Positions 19,501 to 30,177 are shown, counted from the stretch's first letter. The stretch: 64,000 nt of DNA from an uncultured Desulfospira sp. (GCA_963663165.1 OY760175.1:2528001-2592000); one strand, 5' to 3'. Made by a program: numbers and translations. Notes: a model not told the origin generated them from the letters alone.

Positions 19501-20718
19501 GAGCTGTTCCTGACCGTCCACCGATACCTGGCCCGGATGGATATCGCCCAGCAGTTCCAGGCGCCAGTTGGTGTTTTTTTTGCCGGTGATCCGGTCCTGG
19601 ATAAAATAGCCGGACCCGTCAAACCGCAGCCATAAGGTCCGGTCAAGGGACAGCTGGTCCGGCGCCGGGTCCGGGTCCCCGCGCTTGATCTGCTTAAACT
19701 TAAGGGTTGTGTCGGGCTGCATGAGATAGGATGGGTAGGACTGCCATGGAGAGGGCATGGCCGTCTGCTTGGGGTCCACCTGGTCTGCCCCTGAAATTTC
19801 CACCCGCCTTAAATCCGTCCGGGAACTGAAGGCCCAGATTTCACTGTCAGGCCAGAAATCCTGGTCCGGCCGGGTGAACTGAGCGGTTTCCAAGGGGCCG
19901 GCATGGCGCAGGTCAAGGGTGAGCCGGTACTGCCCGGGGCGGGCCTGAACCAGCAGCCGGCCGTCAGGCTCAAGCCTTGCCGGCAGCGGGCTTTCAAGGG
20001 CCACCGGGATGAACCGGCCGCTCTGGTATAACGGCCCCAGGGTCATTTGCCGGGCCTGGCCGGCCACCTCCAGGGTTAAATCAATGGCCATCCGGGCGGG
20101 AATATCATCGGTGATCAGCCGGAAACATTCGACTTTCAGCCGGTCTTCAAGCCGTTTTTCCCTGTTTCTCTGCTTAAGCCATAACCGGCCTTTTTCGTCC
20201 AGGTCGGGAAAGTCAACCCGCTTCTGGTTCACCTTTACCGAAACCAGCCCGGTGGATGGCGCCACTTTCAGGTGTTCGGGAAGCGACTTCCAGGAAAACC
20301 GTCCCCTGACCGTGTGGGCACCGGGAGACAGCATCAGGCCGGGCCGGTCGTCCTGTTCTAAAACCACCACGGATTCATTGTCCAGTAGGACATCCCGGGG
20401 CCAGTGCCGGCTGCTGCCCGGCAGGTGAACCCGGGTTTGGGTAAAAATCTGCCAGGACTGCTCAAAGGTGCCGCCCCTGTCCGTTAAATCCAGAACCAGC
20501 CTTCCGGGCCAGGCGCATTGAACCTGCCCGGGATTGTTGTACAGGGGGATACAGGACAGCTGGTCTTCTTTTTCGTAGAGCACCCACTCTTTCCAGGGTT
20601 CCAGAACCTTAGGAACATAAACGTCCTTTCCGGCATGGACCGGGCCGGAAAGGACGTAAAAAGAGGCGGCAACCATAAAACAGACACATATAAAACATGG
20701 AATCTTTTGATGGGTCAT
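16534..20718 (-). CDS. Very large hypothetical membrane protein (~1400 aa)
   Basis: Long ORF; signal peptide; two soluble regions each followed by a TM bundle; Pro-rich tail. Confidence 0.8.
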   Translation of the reverse strand: MTHQKIPCFICVCFMVAASFYVLSGPVHAGKDVYVPKVLEPWKEWVLYEKEDQLSCIPLYNNPGQVQCAWPGRLVLDLTDRGGTFEQSWQIFTQTRVHLPGSSRHWPRDVLLDNESVVVLEQDDRPGLMLSPGAHTVRGRFSWKSLPEHLKVAPSTGLVSVKVNQKRVDFPDLDEKGRLWLKQRNREKRLEDRLKVECFRLITDDIPARMAIDLTLEVAGQARQMTLGPLYQSGRFIPVALESPLPARLEPDGRLLVQARPGQYRLTLDLRHAGPLETAQFTRPDQDFWPDSEIWAFSSRTDLRRVEISGADQVDPKQTAMPSPWQSYPSYLMQPDTTLKFKQIKRGDPDPAPDQLSLDRTLWLRFDGSGYFIQDRITGKKNTNWRLELLGDIHPGQVSVDGQEQLITREKGSEKAGIELRNGKVNMVVDATFENGISKVPASGWDHDFQSVKGQLYLPPGWTLVNARGVDRIPGTWIGQWTLLDFFVVLIFTIALSRVYSKPLSVLAFITLVLIYHEPAAPKYIWLGLLIGFTLLKYLPKGRTRSVVRLCQGLVLVAFAATALPYAVQALRIGIYPELARPWTSMSQSAVTSNAHSREPMKGQGRDMDESADILPAPGRIERMESYSAGSLLLKSVPVPSPDTYQVMQYDPKARTQTGPGMPLWPAFETIGFSWSGPVDRNHTMSLWLLSPFANLVLAFVRVGLMALLAMGMLGIGKNMKKDTSGPGIQYLLAGLAGLVLLGAPALSHGSDIPSPEMLKELEQRLLKADDCFDQCADLAHAAIDLSRDRLAIQIAAHAAIDTAVPLPGDDSQWLASQVSLDGRPVPGIFKQSGQLWLMIPRGLHQIGMDGPIRRQSGFQLVFPLKPHDLDVTAEGWSVEGCHADGSFDDQLQFKRKADPRAENQEVLETGVLPAFARVERTLMLGLVWKVHTRVVREGDASSGMVLDMGLLPGESITTGGIRVEDSMAKINFKPGQKSLSWESFLTPAGQIRLEHADTRDWTEIWKVDVSPIFHMAYEGTPVIFHKTGERWYPTWHPWPGETLVLTVTRPEAVEGQTLTIEKSLLYLEPGRSAANGRLDLTIKSSQGGRHTVLLPEGARLQEVTIKGRVRPIRQDNNQVVLPIVPGQQAIVLQWVSPEGISPLYKTPVVDLGIPSANTCVDIKLSRSRWPLFIGGEQAVGPAVLFWSEVIVILILAFGLSKTGWTPLNLFQWFLLFIGITMNHPAGIILVAGWLIALDFRPKANPLEGMKFNLVQAGILLLTLAAGACLVFGISNGLLGHPDMSIKGNGSSAGLLRFYHDVSGPVLPRAWVVSIPMWAYRAAMLAWALWVSFWLIRILKWGWKRFCVPQIWAPVSLPRSGRRQKAQAGSPPGRKPRPDPPPPPPPQAGAGLKD

Positions 20719-21052
20719 GGCGATATCCTTTTTTTGAACTATCAAGAATCATTAAGGCATCCTCAAGGTCTTGGGAAACCGGGTTTCACCATAACGGGTC
20801 TAAGCGGATAAATCAAGCAGCGGTCTTGAATCGTTCTCGGTAATCGCAAGCAACCTGCCAACGGTTTGGTATGTGCCCATGAAAGAAAGAAGAAACTGGA
20901 AACAAAAAAGCGATACGGTTCCACGGGTAGTTCCACGGGGCCGAACCAAGCATAATGCTATAAATTAAGTGGTTTAAATCGTAAAAATGCTTAAAAATGG
21001 TTCTATAATCGCTTTTTGAGAGCCCATTTTATGCCTTGCCATAATTCCGCAT

Positions 21053-21119
21053 AATTCCGGGGACATAATACCAATTTCCTGTCAACTTTTTATAAAAACA
21101 GTATCATATCCCCGGAGTT
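21053..21119. repeat. Variant of the AATTCCGGGGAC palindromic element
   Basis: AATTCCGGGGACATAATAC...GTATCATATCCCCGGAGTT. Confidence 0.6.
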
Positions 21120-21351
21120 TCCCAGGAAGGCGAGTCTTTTATTAACATGGTTTTCGAATTTATATAAATTATGACTTATACTTACACGATTGATCATTTC
21201 ATTCATCAGGCAGTTCTTCGCAATTTATCGGAATGCTGATTTAAAAATTCATGCCGAACTTTTAAATCCGGCATATCCATTCCATTGTCAGCCTCTTTTC
21301 AAGGTCCTGATGTCGTTGGCGGGTTCAATTCAATTTGGGAGATTGATATTT

Positions 21352-23082
21352 ATGTCCAGTACAACCGCATCGAAAATTCGTATGACGATTAGAAAAAAAC
21401 TGACCCTGTGTGTTGTGATTCTTCTGTTTATCGTGTCATCTGGTATCGGTGTCATTGCTTATTTCCAGGCCAGGCAGGCCATGACCGAAGCGCTTGAAAA
21501 GAGCCTTACTATGGCCTCCCGGCAGAGTGCAAACATTATTAAGGGGAAAATAGACACCTATAAACTTGCCATGGAGGGTGTCGCCGAGCGGGAAGCGATT
21601 CGGAGCATGGCGTGGGAACAGCAGGAAAAAATCCTTACCCAGGAGAGGAGACCCGTCGGCTGAAATTTATGGGTATGGGTATTATCATGCCGGATGGGAA
21701 AGCCCGTTATCCCGGCGGAAAGACGGCAGACTTAAAAGACCGTGCCTATTTTAAAGCAGCCATGTCCGGAAAAACCAACTATTCGGATATTATTATTTCC
21801 CGGGTCACCAACTCCCCGGTCATGATGCTGGCCACCCCCGTCAAGTCAGGCAATGGTCGTATTCTAGGCGTGCTGCTGGCCCGTCTGGACGGAGACTGGC
21901 TGAGCCAGGTAACCGATGATGTTAAATTCGGCACCCAGGGCTATTCTTATATCGTGAATAACAAAGGTGTTCTTGTTGCCCATCCGGATCGGAAAAAGGT
22001 CATGGCAAGGAAAAATCATATTGAGGACGCGAAAACCGATAAGACACTGGAAAGCGTCGCCAATCATATTTCAACTATGATTGAGAAAAAAACCGGTTTT
22101 AATGAATATGAATTTAATGGAACCAGATGGGTTGGCGGATTTTCCCCCATTGAGGGAACCAGTTGGATCGTAGCCGTTGTTACCGAGGAAAAGGAGCTTT
22201 TCCAGGGGATCTACAGGATTCGCAACTGATCTGGCAGACGTCTCCTCCCAGATTGCAAAAAATTCAAAGCACACGGCAGAGTTGTCCCATGAGACCGTTG
22301 AATCCACAGAAAATGTCAATGGTAAAATCAGTTATGTGTCAGGGGCCATGGGTGAAATTTCAGAATCCATAGCCTCCATTTTATCCTCGTCCCAGCAGAT
22401 GTACACCACCATCCAGGAGATTGCCGGCCATGTCTCTTCCGGGAACACCATGACCCGTAACGCCGTAGAGCAGGCGGACAGCGTCTCAGGACAGGTTCAT
22501 CAGCTCGGGTATGCGGCAAAGGATATCAGCAAGGTCACGGAAACCATTGCCGATATTTCCGAACAGACCAACCTTCTGGCACTCAACGCCACCATAGAAG
22601 CGGCACGGGCCGGGGAAGCAGGCAAGGGATTTGCCGTGGTTGCCAACGAGATCAAGGTTCTGGCCCAGCAGACCGCTGAAGCCACCGAGCAGATCAGTCA
22701 TAAGCTTACCGGTGTGACCTCAAATACGGCGGATGCGATAAAGGCTATAGAGGGCATTGTCGGCGCTATCAATGACATTCACGAAATGACCGAAGCCGTG
22801 GCCTCGGCCATTGAAGAGCAGTCCGCCACCACCCGGGATGTATCCCGGAATATCAACCAGGTTGCCGAAGCCTCTACTGAAATCAAAGGCCATATTACCC
22901 AGGTGGCCGGGGCCATGGAAGAGGTGCTTGAAAATTCAGGCCGGGTGCGGGTTGATTCGGGCCAGACCATGGACGGCAGTCGCAAACTGCGGACAAAAGT
23001 CCAGGAGCTGTCAGGCCTGAATGATAATATCTTTCAAAAAGAAACTTTTTTCGCAAGGTTGAAAATATCACGAAACAATTGA
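21352..23082 (+). pseudogene. Methyl-accepting chemotaxis protein (dCache sensor), frameshifted and internally deleted
   Basis: TM1 and Cache domain split over two ORFs; signalling domain ([27 protein letters not shown]) in a third ORF; TM2/HAMP absent. Confidence 0.85.
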
Positions 23083-23358
23083 TTTTAAATGGTTTTCGGA
23101 TTTTATGAGGCAAATTCGGGCAATCTGATCAATTGACTTTTTATGGGATTAATTATATAGGGGGATGCCTAGGATATTTCTTTGCTTCAGCTGGTGTTAT
23201 AAACATTAAAATAATGAAACAATTATTGGAAGGTTACGGCACCTCCAGAATACTTGATGGGGTGGCATATCATTTTTGGGCCGCCTGTTGTTTTCTTAAT
23301 CTGGGGATGGCATCCCCCCTGCTGACCGGGGAAACCCGAGAGAGGGAGCGCATTGGAA

Positions 23359-25296
23359 ATGGAAAGAAGAATCATCATAGCCGATGATGAGCCTCGTTTT
23401 GCCAACTCGTTGAAATTTTTGTTTACCCAAAGGGGCTTTGAGGTGAAAACCTGCCTGAACGGGGAAGAAGCGTTAGAAATATTTGAAGAATTCCCGGTCA
23501 AAGTGGTTGTCACGGATATCGAAATGCCCAAAAAAAACGGACTGGATCTGTTGCCGGACCTGGTCCGGTTGGACGAGTTTGTCCAGGTGATCTTTCTTAC
23601 GGGCAGGGGCACGGTTGAAAATATAAAAGAGGCGTTCCAGGCCAGCCGGAATACCTTTGAATTTTTTACCAAACCCCTCAAGGATATGGAGGTCCTGTTT
23701 CAGGCCGTTGAGTCTGCCCAGCGAAAGTATGACACCATGAAAAAAGCACTTGGCCTGCAGCGAAAAGCTGAGCAAAACCTGGTGGAGGCCGGCCAGATTT
23801 TTGATGCCCTGGAAACCATGATCTATGTTTCGGACATGGATACTTATGACATTATTTATTCCAATCGAAAGTTCAATCAGGTCATGGGATATGACCCCTA
23901 TGGCAGCCAGGACAGGCCCAAGTGCTGGCAGATTATCCATGGCGGTCAGCAAGCGCCATGCCGGTTTTGCACCAATCCCAGGATAATGGATGACAAGGGC
24001 AGGCCTGCCGGTCCGTTTGAGTGGGAATTTGAAAGCAAAAAAGCCGGCCGCCGGTATGCCATTGTTGACAAGGCCATAGAATGGCATGACCATCGCGTTG
24101 TCCGGCTTTCCACCCTCAGGGATATTACGGAAAGACGAAAATATGAACAGCTTTTCAAGGAATATGAGAAAAAGCACCTCCAGGTTAAAAAATTAAAGAG
24201 CCTGAGTACCCTGGCCGGGGGAATCTCCCACCAGTTCAACAATGCGCTGTCCGTCATCTCGGGCAATCTGGAGTTGATTGAAATGGTGTTTTCCCATGAC
24301 GGAAAGCTGAACCGGTATACCGGCAACATGCATCAGGCCATTGAGAAAATGGCCCAGCTGACCGCATCGCTGCTGGCCTATGCCCAGGGGGGAAAATATA
24401 AAACCCGACCGGTTATTTTTAACGATTTGCTTCACCATATCCTTAAGAACCTTGACCATATGCTCGGGGAGAATGTTGTCCTTAACACCTGTATCTGTGC
24501 TGAAAACCATCAGGTGAGCGTTGATTCGGTGCAGATCCGGATGCTGTTAAAGGCCATTTTTGAAAACGCCCTGGAGGCCGGCTGCCGAACCCTTTCCGTC
24601 ACCTGCGACATGGAAATCCCGCCTGGAAACGATCTGGATAATCCGGGCCTGGAAAACCAGGATCATATCTGCCTTAAGATTGAAGACGACGGATCAGGCA
24701 TGGATGAAGACATCCTGGCCAACGTTTTTGAGCCCTTTTTTACCACAAAATTTCAGGGCAGGGGGCTTGGCATGTCTGCGGTTTATGGGATTGTAAAGGG
24801 ACATCAGGGCCGGATTGCCGTGGATTCCATATTAGGGTCCGGGACCCGCGTCAGTATATATTTCCCGATTTTTAAAACCGCACCGCCTAAAAAAATAAAC
24901 GGTAATAAACAAGGCCTGAAGCTCAATGTCCTTTTGGTGGAAGACAAGGATGATATTCGCAGCAGCACAAGGGTCATGCTGGAAAAAATGGGGCATACCG
25001 TCTTTGAGGCCGGAACCGGAAGACAGGCCATTGATTTTCTGGAGTCCCATGACAGCCCCATTCACCTAGCCCTGCTCAATTACCTTATGCCTGATTTCAA
25101 GGCCGACCTTATCTATCCCATGGTGGTCAGGGAACAGCCTGAAGCCGAGGTGGTGATATTAAACAGCGGGGGCATTACGGCCCCCGTTCAAAGACTTCTG
25201 GATTCCGGTGCCGGCTCTTTTATGCAAAAACCGGTGACCGTGGATGAACTGGCTGAGAAGATCCGGCAGATACAAGAGGCAGGAGGCAAGAGATAA
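23359..25296 (+). CDS. Hybrid histidine kinase (REC-PAS-HisKA-HATPase-REC)
   Basis: IIIADDE..TDIEMP; GISHQFNN; FEPFFTTK..GRGLGM. Confidence 0.92.
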   Translation: MERRIIIADDEPRFANSLKFLFTQRGFEVKTCLNGEEALEIFEEFPVKVVVTDIEMPKKNGLDLLPDLVRLDEFVQVIFLTGRGTVENIKEAFQASRNTFEFFTKPLKDMEVLFQAVESAQRKYDTMKKALGLQRKAEQNLVEAGQIFDALETMIYVSDMDTYDIIYSNRKFNQVMGYDPYGSQDRPKCWQIIHGGQQAPCRFCTNPRIMDDKGRPAGPFEWEFESKKAGRRYAIVDKAIEWHDHRVVRLSTLRDITERRKYEQLFKEYEKKHLQVKKLKSLSTLAGGISHQFNNALSVISGNLELIEMVFSHDGKLNRYTGNMHQAIEKMAQLTASLLAYAQGGKYKTRPVIFNDLLHHILKNLDHMLGENVVLNTCICAENHQVSVDSVQIRMLLKAIFENALEAGCRTLSVTCDMEIPPGNDLDNPGLENQDHICLKIEDDGSGMDEDILANVFEPFFTTKFQGRGLGMSAVYGIVKGHQGRIAVDSILGSGTRVSIYFPIFKTAPPKKINGNKQGLKLNVLLVEDKDDIRSSTRVMLEKMGHTVFEAGTGRQAIDFLESHDSPIHLALLNYLMPDFKADLIYPMVVREQPEAEVVILNSGGITAPVQRLLDSGAGSFMQKPVTVDELAEKIRQIQEAGGKR

Positions 25297-25360
25297 GCAA
25301 CAAGGTTGAATCCTGAATTTTGATTTTTATCTTCACCACCTCTTTTTATCGGCTCATCGG

Positions 25361-27130
25361 TCAAACACACTTTAGAAGGAAGTGGGGGATGAACCTGGGG
25401 TCCAGCTGCTCCGGGGAAAGCCGGCCGTATTCATCTTCAAGTTCTTTCACCAGGTTTTTTAAAACGGCTTTAACCCCCTGTCCCATGTCGGGTTCATCAA
25501 TGCCGGCCTGGTCGGATACAAAGAGCATTAAATCGGCCAGGGCCGGGCTGTCTGACGGGTCCAAAGATTCCTCTGATGAAAACAACTGTTTGAAAAACGG
25601 CTTGAACTGATTCAGGTCAATGGGGGACAGTCTTAAATGTCCATCCTTGTCCAGACCGGTCCGGTTTCTGGCCCACAGGGTCAGCAACAGGCTTTTGTAG
25701 GTGAGAACCCCTAATTTAAATGAGGAAAGGTCCGGGTCTAAGGCCCTGATCGTAAGATCCGTCTGCCGGATCTGATCCAGAATGGTCTGAATGGCAGTGA
25801 TATCCGCTAAACTTTTAAAGTTCCGGTACAATAATTTCCCGGTCCGGTAATTGTCATAATACAGGGGGCGGTCCAGAAAAAGGCCGCCGATCACCCCGAG
25901 AAAATCTTCCCCAAGAAAGCTTAAAGGCAGGTTTTTCTCCAGGGTAAAGCTATTTTTGTACCAGGTCTGGGCCTGGGTTTTCAGCTGAATCCCCGCCCTT
26001 GAACCGGTTCTGAAAATATCTTCTAAAAAATAGGTTTCAAGAATTTTTAGGGGGGGCTCCGGCGCCAGGTCTTTCTGAAGAATTTCAAGGCCCAGGCTTA
26101 AGGTGTCCGACGCCTTTTGAACGGTTCTTTCCATGGCCTGTATTTCCCTGATCCTCACCCGGTCGGCGCTGATGATTTTGTTGATCAGGGCCGCAAGCTC
26201 TGATTCCATTTGAAGGGATAAGTCTTCATCTATCAGGGACAGGGTGGTGACAAACAGGTCCTCTCCTTTGATCTGGCTGCCGACATACTGAGGCGGAAGG
26301 GCCGTATCCGGGTTGAGTTCGGCTTTCATTAATGCGGCCGGCCGTTTCCTTAAGTGTTTGATGTCTGTCGGCTGGTAGATGCCGATGGCCTCATGGGGGG
26401 GCAAAAACCCCTTCTCCGCTAAACGGATGGTTTTCAACCGGAACTGTTCTTCTTCGGCCTCAGCCGGGAGCAGGCTTAAGGTCTCCAGCATCAGCCCGTG
26501 AAAAACCGAAAGGTCCATGGCCGCCAGGGTGTTCATCATCTTTTCAATGAGGTCTGCCGTATCTTCGGGCTGAACCACCTGGGATTCAACATCGCCATCC
26601 CCTAACGAGGGATCATCCAGGTCCTGGTTTTTTTTGGCCAGATCCGGAAACCTGAAATAAAATTTTTCGTCAAGGGAGATATAGTCGTCAAAATCTTCGG
26701 GCGGCAGTTCATCATGCTCCCGGATCCGAATCTCCATGTTTTTGAACAAAAAAAGTTCAAAGTAATCGGGTTTGTCCGTGATGATCCATCTTAAGAACCG
26801 TTCCGGGGCCGCCTGGAACATGAGGCCTAAAGCCCTGGACATGACCGGCAGATTGAGCTGGTCGTCTTCCCAGACTTCCATATCCAGGATATGCTCCCAC
26901 TGGTCGGACCGGGCTAAGGACAGAACCGGGATAAAATCGTCCACCCCGATTTTATGCATCAGATAATACAGGTCCTGGTCCGGGAAAGACTGGATCAGGG
27001 TGGCCGGGCTTGGGGCACAAAGAAGCATGTCAAGGGCGGTTTCCGAATCTTTGGATAAAATTTCCTTACGCTGGGCGGCAAGTTTGAGTTCCCGCTGCCG
27101 GATATTGGCCAGTTGATGGTCGCTTGTCAT
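25361..27130 (-). CDS. Conserved hypothetical protein (DUF6178-like)
   Basis: Long ORF in an operon with the radical SAM gene; EEEQFRLKTIRLAEKGF. Confidence 0.7.
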   Translation of the reverse strand: MTSDHQLANIRQRELKLAAQRKEILSKDSETALDMLLCAPSPATLIQSFPDQDLYYLMHKIGVDDFIPVLSLARSDQWEHILDMEVWEDDQLNLPVMSRALGLMFQAAPERFLRWIITDKPDYFELFLFKNMEIRIREHDELPPEDFDDYISLDEKFYFRFPDLAKKNQDLDDPSLGDGDVESQVVQPEDTADLIEKMMNTLAAMDLSVFHGLMLETLSLLPAEAEEEQFRLKTIRLAEKGFLPPHEAIGIYQPTDIKHLRKRPAALMKAELNPDTALPPQYVGSQIKGEDLFVTTLSLIDEDLSLQMESELAALINKIISADRVRIREIQAMERTVQKASDTLSLGLEILQKDLAPEPPLKILETYFLEDIFRTGSRAGIQLKTQAQTWYKNSFTLEKNLPLSFLGEDFLGVIGGLFLDRPLYYDNYRTGKLLYRNFKSLADITAIQTILDQIRQTDLTIRALDPDLSSFKLGVLTYKSLLLTLWARNRTGLDKDGHLRLSPIDLNQFKPFFKQLFSSEESLDPSDSPALADLMLFVSDQAGIDEPDMGQGVKAVLKNLVKELEDEYGRLSPEQLDPRFIPHFLLKCV

Positions 27131-27134
27131 GGGG

Positions 27135-28856
27135 TTATCCTGATATGTTTTGGTTGCAGATTTGGATATAGGGGGCAAGGTGTTGATTGCCTTTGAACTT
27201 GTTCAGATGGGCCAGGGCCCCTTTAAAGTCGCCCAGGTTCATCAGGCAGACCCCCATGCCGGTTTCAAGGGTTTCGTTGCCGGGATATCGGGCAAGGCCC
27301 TGGGCCATGAAGGAGAAGGCCTCTTGAAACCGTCTTTGCTTCTGGTACAGCATGCCCAGGCCGGCAAAGGCCCTGAAATCCGGGTAAAAGCTTAAGGCTT
27401 TTTTGAACAGGGCTTCAGCGGTCTGTTCCGGTTTTTTGATCCGGGGATCCGCTGCATAATCCCCCTGAAAAAAGGTTAAGGCGAGTCTGGACAAAAAATC
27501 CGCATGAAAGGGGGACAGCGCCGGGTCCGGGTCCAGTTCAAGGGATTGTGCAACCCCTTCAAGGCCTTCGTAAAAGCTGTCCCTTAAGGCATCCCCAAAG
27601 GCTTTTACCTGCTCAAAATCCAGAGATTCATCCAGCTCAAACCAGGGGATGTCTTCGATTTTTTCATGCCAGATATCTGCTTTGAGCAAATTTTTGTCAA
27701 GGGCCCGGGTGTAAAGATAGGTGCCCGGGAACACCACCAGCATGTAAAATACAGCCCCCAAAGGGCCCAGGCGGTTTAAAAGGGTGATGCTCTCTTCAAT
27801 GGTCTGCTGTGTCTCCCCCGGGGACCCGTAAATAAAGTAGGCCCGGGGCAGAATGCCGGCCGCCTTGGTTAAGGAAAAGGCCCGGGCCGCCGTATCATTG
27901 GACACGGGTTTGCCCAGCACCTTTTTAATGGGGGCTGATCCCGATTCCACGCCAAAACTGATCTGGATGCAGCCGGCCTTTCTCATGGCCGCCAGAAGGT
28001 CCCGGTCAACGTAATCCACCCGGGAAATGGCATTCCAGGTGATGGAAAGCCCGGATTCTATAAGGATGGCGCAAAATTCCAGAACCCGGTCTTTGTCCAT
28101 GGTAAAGGTATCGTCACAGATGAAAAAATGGGACACCCCCTTTTGGGCAAGGGTCTTAATTTCATGGGCAAACCATTGGGCCGAATGAAACCGGACCCTT
28201 GACTGTCCCCAGAATTTGGGGGAGCCGCAAAAGGTGCATTTGCCCGGACACCCCCTGGACATGGACAGGTGCTGGAAGGTAAAGTATGTGGAAGGGTGAA
28301 CCAGGCTGTCCAGGTCGGATATTTCCAGGGCAGGGCCTGTGTCTAAAATCCGGTTTTCATGTCTGAATAAAAGGCCGTTGATTTCTTTTAGCCGGTCCAG
28401 CCGCTGCCGGGTATGAGGGGCTGTCTCATCTAAGGCCCGGGCAAGTTCCAGGCAGGCAGTTTCCCCCTCTCCCTTGACGATAAAATCAATGTCAGGGCAG
28501 GCCTCCATAAAAAAGGACCCCATGAAGGTGGGGGCAGGCCCCCCGAAAACAACGGCGGACTCCGGCAAAAGGGTTTTGGCGGTTTGGGCGCAGTCCATGG
28601 CCTGGTGCCGGTTGGCCGTGGTAACTGAAAATCCGATGATACCGGGACTTTCTTTCTTCAGGGCGTCGGCAAAAACAGCCGGCCCCCGGGAGGTGTTGCC
28701 GGTGCCTAAGGCGGCCAGGTTTAAAATCCTTGCCCCAAACCCGTTTTCGATCAACAGGGCGGAAAGGTAATAGAGCCCGATGGGAACAATAGTGGCATCA
28801 TTATCGGTTACCCGGGGATCTAAGCAGGCGGGGTTGACAAATAAAACCGTTTTCAT
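27135..28856 (-). CDS. B12-binding radical SAM protein with C-terminal TPR
   Basis: SRGCPGKCTFC; PIGLYYL..GGP; FGVESGS. Confidence 0.9.
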   Translation of the reverse strand: MKTVLFVNPACLDPRVTDNDATIVPIGLYYLSALLIENGFGARILNLAALGTGNTSRGPAVFADALKKESPGIIGFSVTTANRHQAMDCAQTAKTLLPESAVVFGGPAPTFMGSFFMEACPDIDFIVKGEGETACLELARALDETAPHTRQRLDRLKEINGLLFRHENRILDTGPALEISDLDSLVHPSTYFTFQHLSMSRGCPGKCTFCGSPKFWGQSRVRFHSAQWFAHEIKTLAQKGVSHFFICDDTFTMDKDRVLEFCAILIESGLSITWNAISRVDYVDRDLLAAMRKAGCIQISFGVESGSAPIKKVLGKPVSNDTAARAFSLTKAAGILPRAYFIYGSPGETQQTIEESITLLNRLGPLGAVFYMLVVFPGTYLYTRALDKNLLKADIWHEKIEDIPWFELDESLDFEQVKAFGDALRDSFYEGLEGVAQSLELDPDPALSPFHADFLSRLALTFFQGDYAADPRIKKPEQTAEALFKKALSFYPDFRAFAGLGMLYQKQRRFQEAFSFMAQGLARYPGNETLETGMGVCLMNLGDFKGALAHLNKFKGNQHLAPYIQICNQNISG

Positions 28857-28877
28857 AAAAGGTCCTTAGAAAACCGC

Positions 28878-29459
28878 CTACCAGACAGAGACAATCAGGT
28901 CTTCCAATTTGCGTTTGGGCACATGGTGAACCTGATGTTCGTCCCTGAAATACTTTATATCCCCGTCTTCTTTCACATCGTCGATTTGGGCGATTTCCTT
29001 TGGTTTGCCCAGGGCAATCACCAATTTGACCTCCAGGTGGTCGGCAATGTTTAAAAATTCCGTAAGCTTTTTGATATTAATAGCGGCAAACATACAGCCG
29101 GCAAGGCCCATGTCCCGGGCCCCCAAGAGCATGGTCTGGGCGGCAATGCCGTGGTCGCACCAGAAGTTGTCGGCAATGGTGTGGTCCCCCATAATCACGA
29201 TATAGGCGGTAGGGCGCTCTTCAGGCTCCGGGCCTTTCCAGTCCTTTAAGTAAGCGGCCCAGGAAAGACAGGAAAAAATCTGGGCATTTTTTTCTTCACC
29301 GGTGGAGATGATATACTTTAAGGGCTGCTTGTTGGCACCCGATGCCGTGTACCGGGCCAGGTCCACCAGGTCCTTCACCGTTGCGGGATCAATTTTATGG
29401 GAGTGGTCAAACCTTCGGCATGACCGGTTTCCCTTTACCAGTTCCTTGAATGGTTTCAT
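28878..29459 (-). CDS. Nitroreductase family protein
   Basis: NRSCRRF and ASGANKQP motifs. Confidence 0.9.
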   Translation of the reverse strand: MKPFKELVKGNRSCRRFDHSHKIDPATVKDLVDLARYTASGANKQPLKYIISTGEEKNAQIFSCLSWAAYLKDWKGPEPEERPTAYIVIMGDHTIADNFWCDHGIAAQTMLLGARDMGLAGCMFAAINIKKLTEFLNIADHLEVKLVIALGKPKEIAQIDDVKEDGDIKYFRDEHQVHHVPKRKLEDLIVSVW

Positions 29460-29477
29460 TAAAAGGCTCCTTTTTTT

Positions 29478-29566
29478 ATAGCTATAAGCTTTTAGCCTTT
29501 AGCTATTAGCTTTTTACCGTTTCCAATGACCCTGCCAACAGCTAACAGCTAATGGCTGGCAGCTAA
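29478..29566. repeat. Inverted heptamer array (TTAGCTN / GCTAACA units)
   Basis: agctata agctttt agccttt agctatt agctttt ... gccaaca gctaaca gctaatg gctggca gctaatg. Confidence 0.75.
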
Positions 29567-30177
29567 TGGCTATGTATATCAATCCACTCCAAAACCTTGT
29601 CCATTTCCCGGGCCATTTCAGCCAAGGCCTTTCCCCGGTGGCTCACGTTGGCCTTTTCCGCCCGGGTCAGCTGGGCAAAGGTTTTGTTGAACTCGGGGAA
29701 AAAAAACAAGGGGTCGTATCCAAACCCGTTTTCTCCCTGGGGTTCCCGGGTTAAAATGCCGTCGCACCGTCCCTCATAGGTGAGGGCAGGCCCTGTGGGG
29801 ACGGCAATGGAGATGACACATTCAAAATGGGCCTTTCGGTTGTCTTCATCCTTGAGGGCATCCAGCAATTTGGCCACATTCTGTTCATCCGTGGCCCCTT
29901 CTCCGGCATACCGGGCCGAATACACCCCCGGGGCATTGTCCAGGGCGTCTACGCAGAGCCCGGAATCATCAGCCATCACCGGGTATCCCAGGACCCTGGC
30001 CGTAAAAGAGGCTTTTTTATAGGCATTGTCGTCAAAGGTTTCTCCGTCTTCCACCACTTCTGGAATGGGGCCAAAATCCTCCAGGGTCCGGATTTCAACC
30101 GGAAAATCCCTGAGCAGGTCCATGATTTCTTTTTTCTTCCCCTTGTTTGTTGTGGCCAGCACCAGTATCTGTTTCAC
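29563..30177 (-). CDS. rdgB: XTP/dITP diphosphatase (Ham1 family)
   Basis: LATTNKGK, ADDSGL, PGVYSARYAG, GFGYDP and SHRGKA motifs. Confidence 0.93.
   Translation of the reverse strand: MKQILVLATTNKGKKKEIMDLLRDFPVEIRTLEDFGPIPEVVEDGETFDDNAYKKASFTARVLGYPVMADDSGLCVDALDNAPGVYSARYAGEGATDEQNVAKLLDALKDEDNRKAHFECVISIAVPTGPALTYEGRCDGILTREPQGENGFGYDPLFFFPEFNKTFAQLTRAEKANVSHRGKALAEMAREMDKVLEWIDIHSH

Noticed and set aside
23020..23150. Possible decayed MITE replacing the MCP 3' end
   Set aside because: The inverted ends are too degenerate and no TSD is visible
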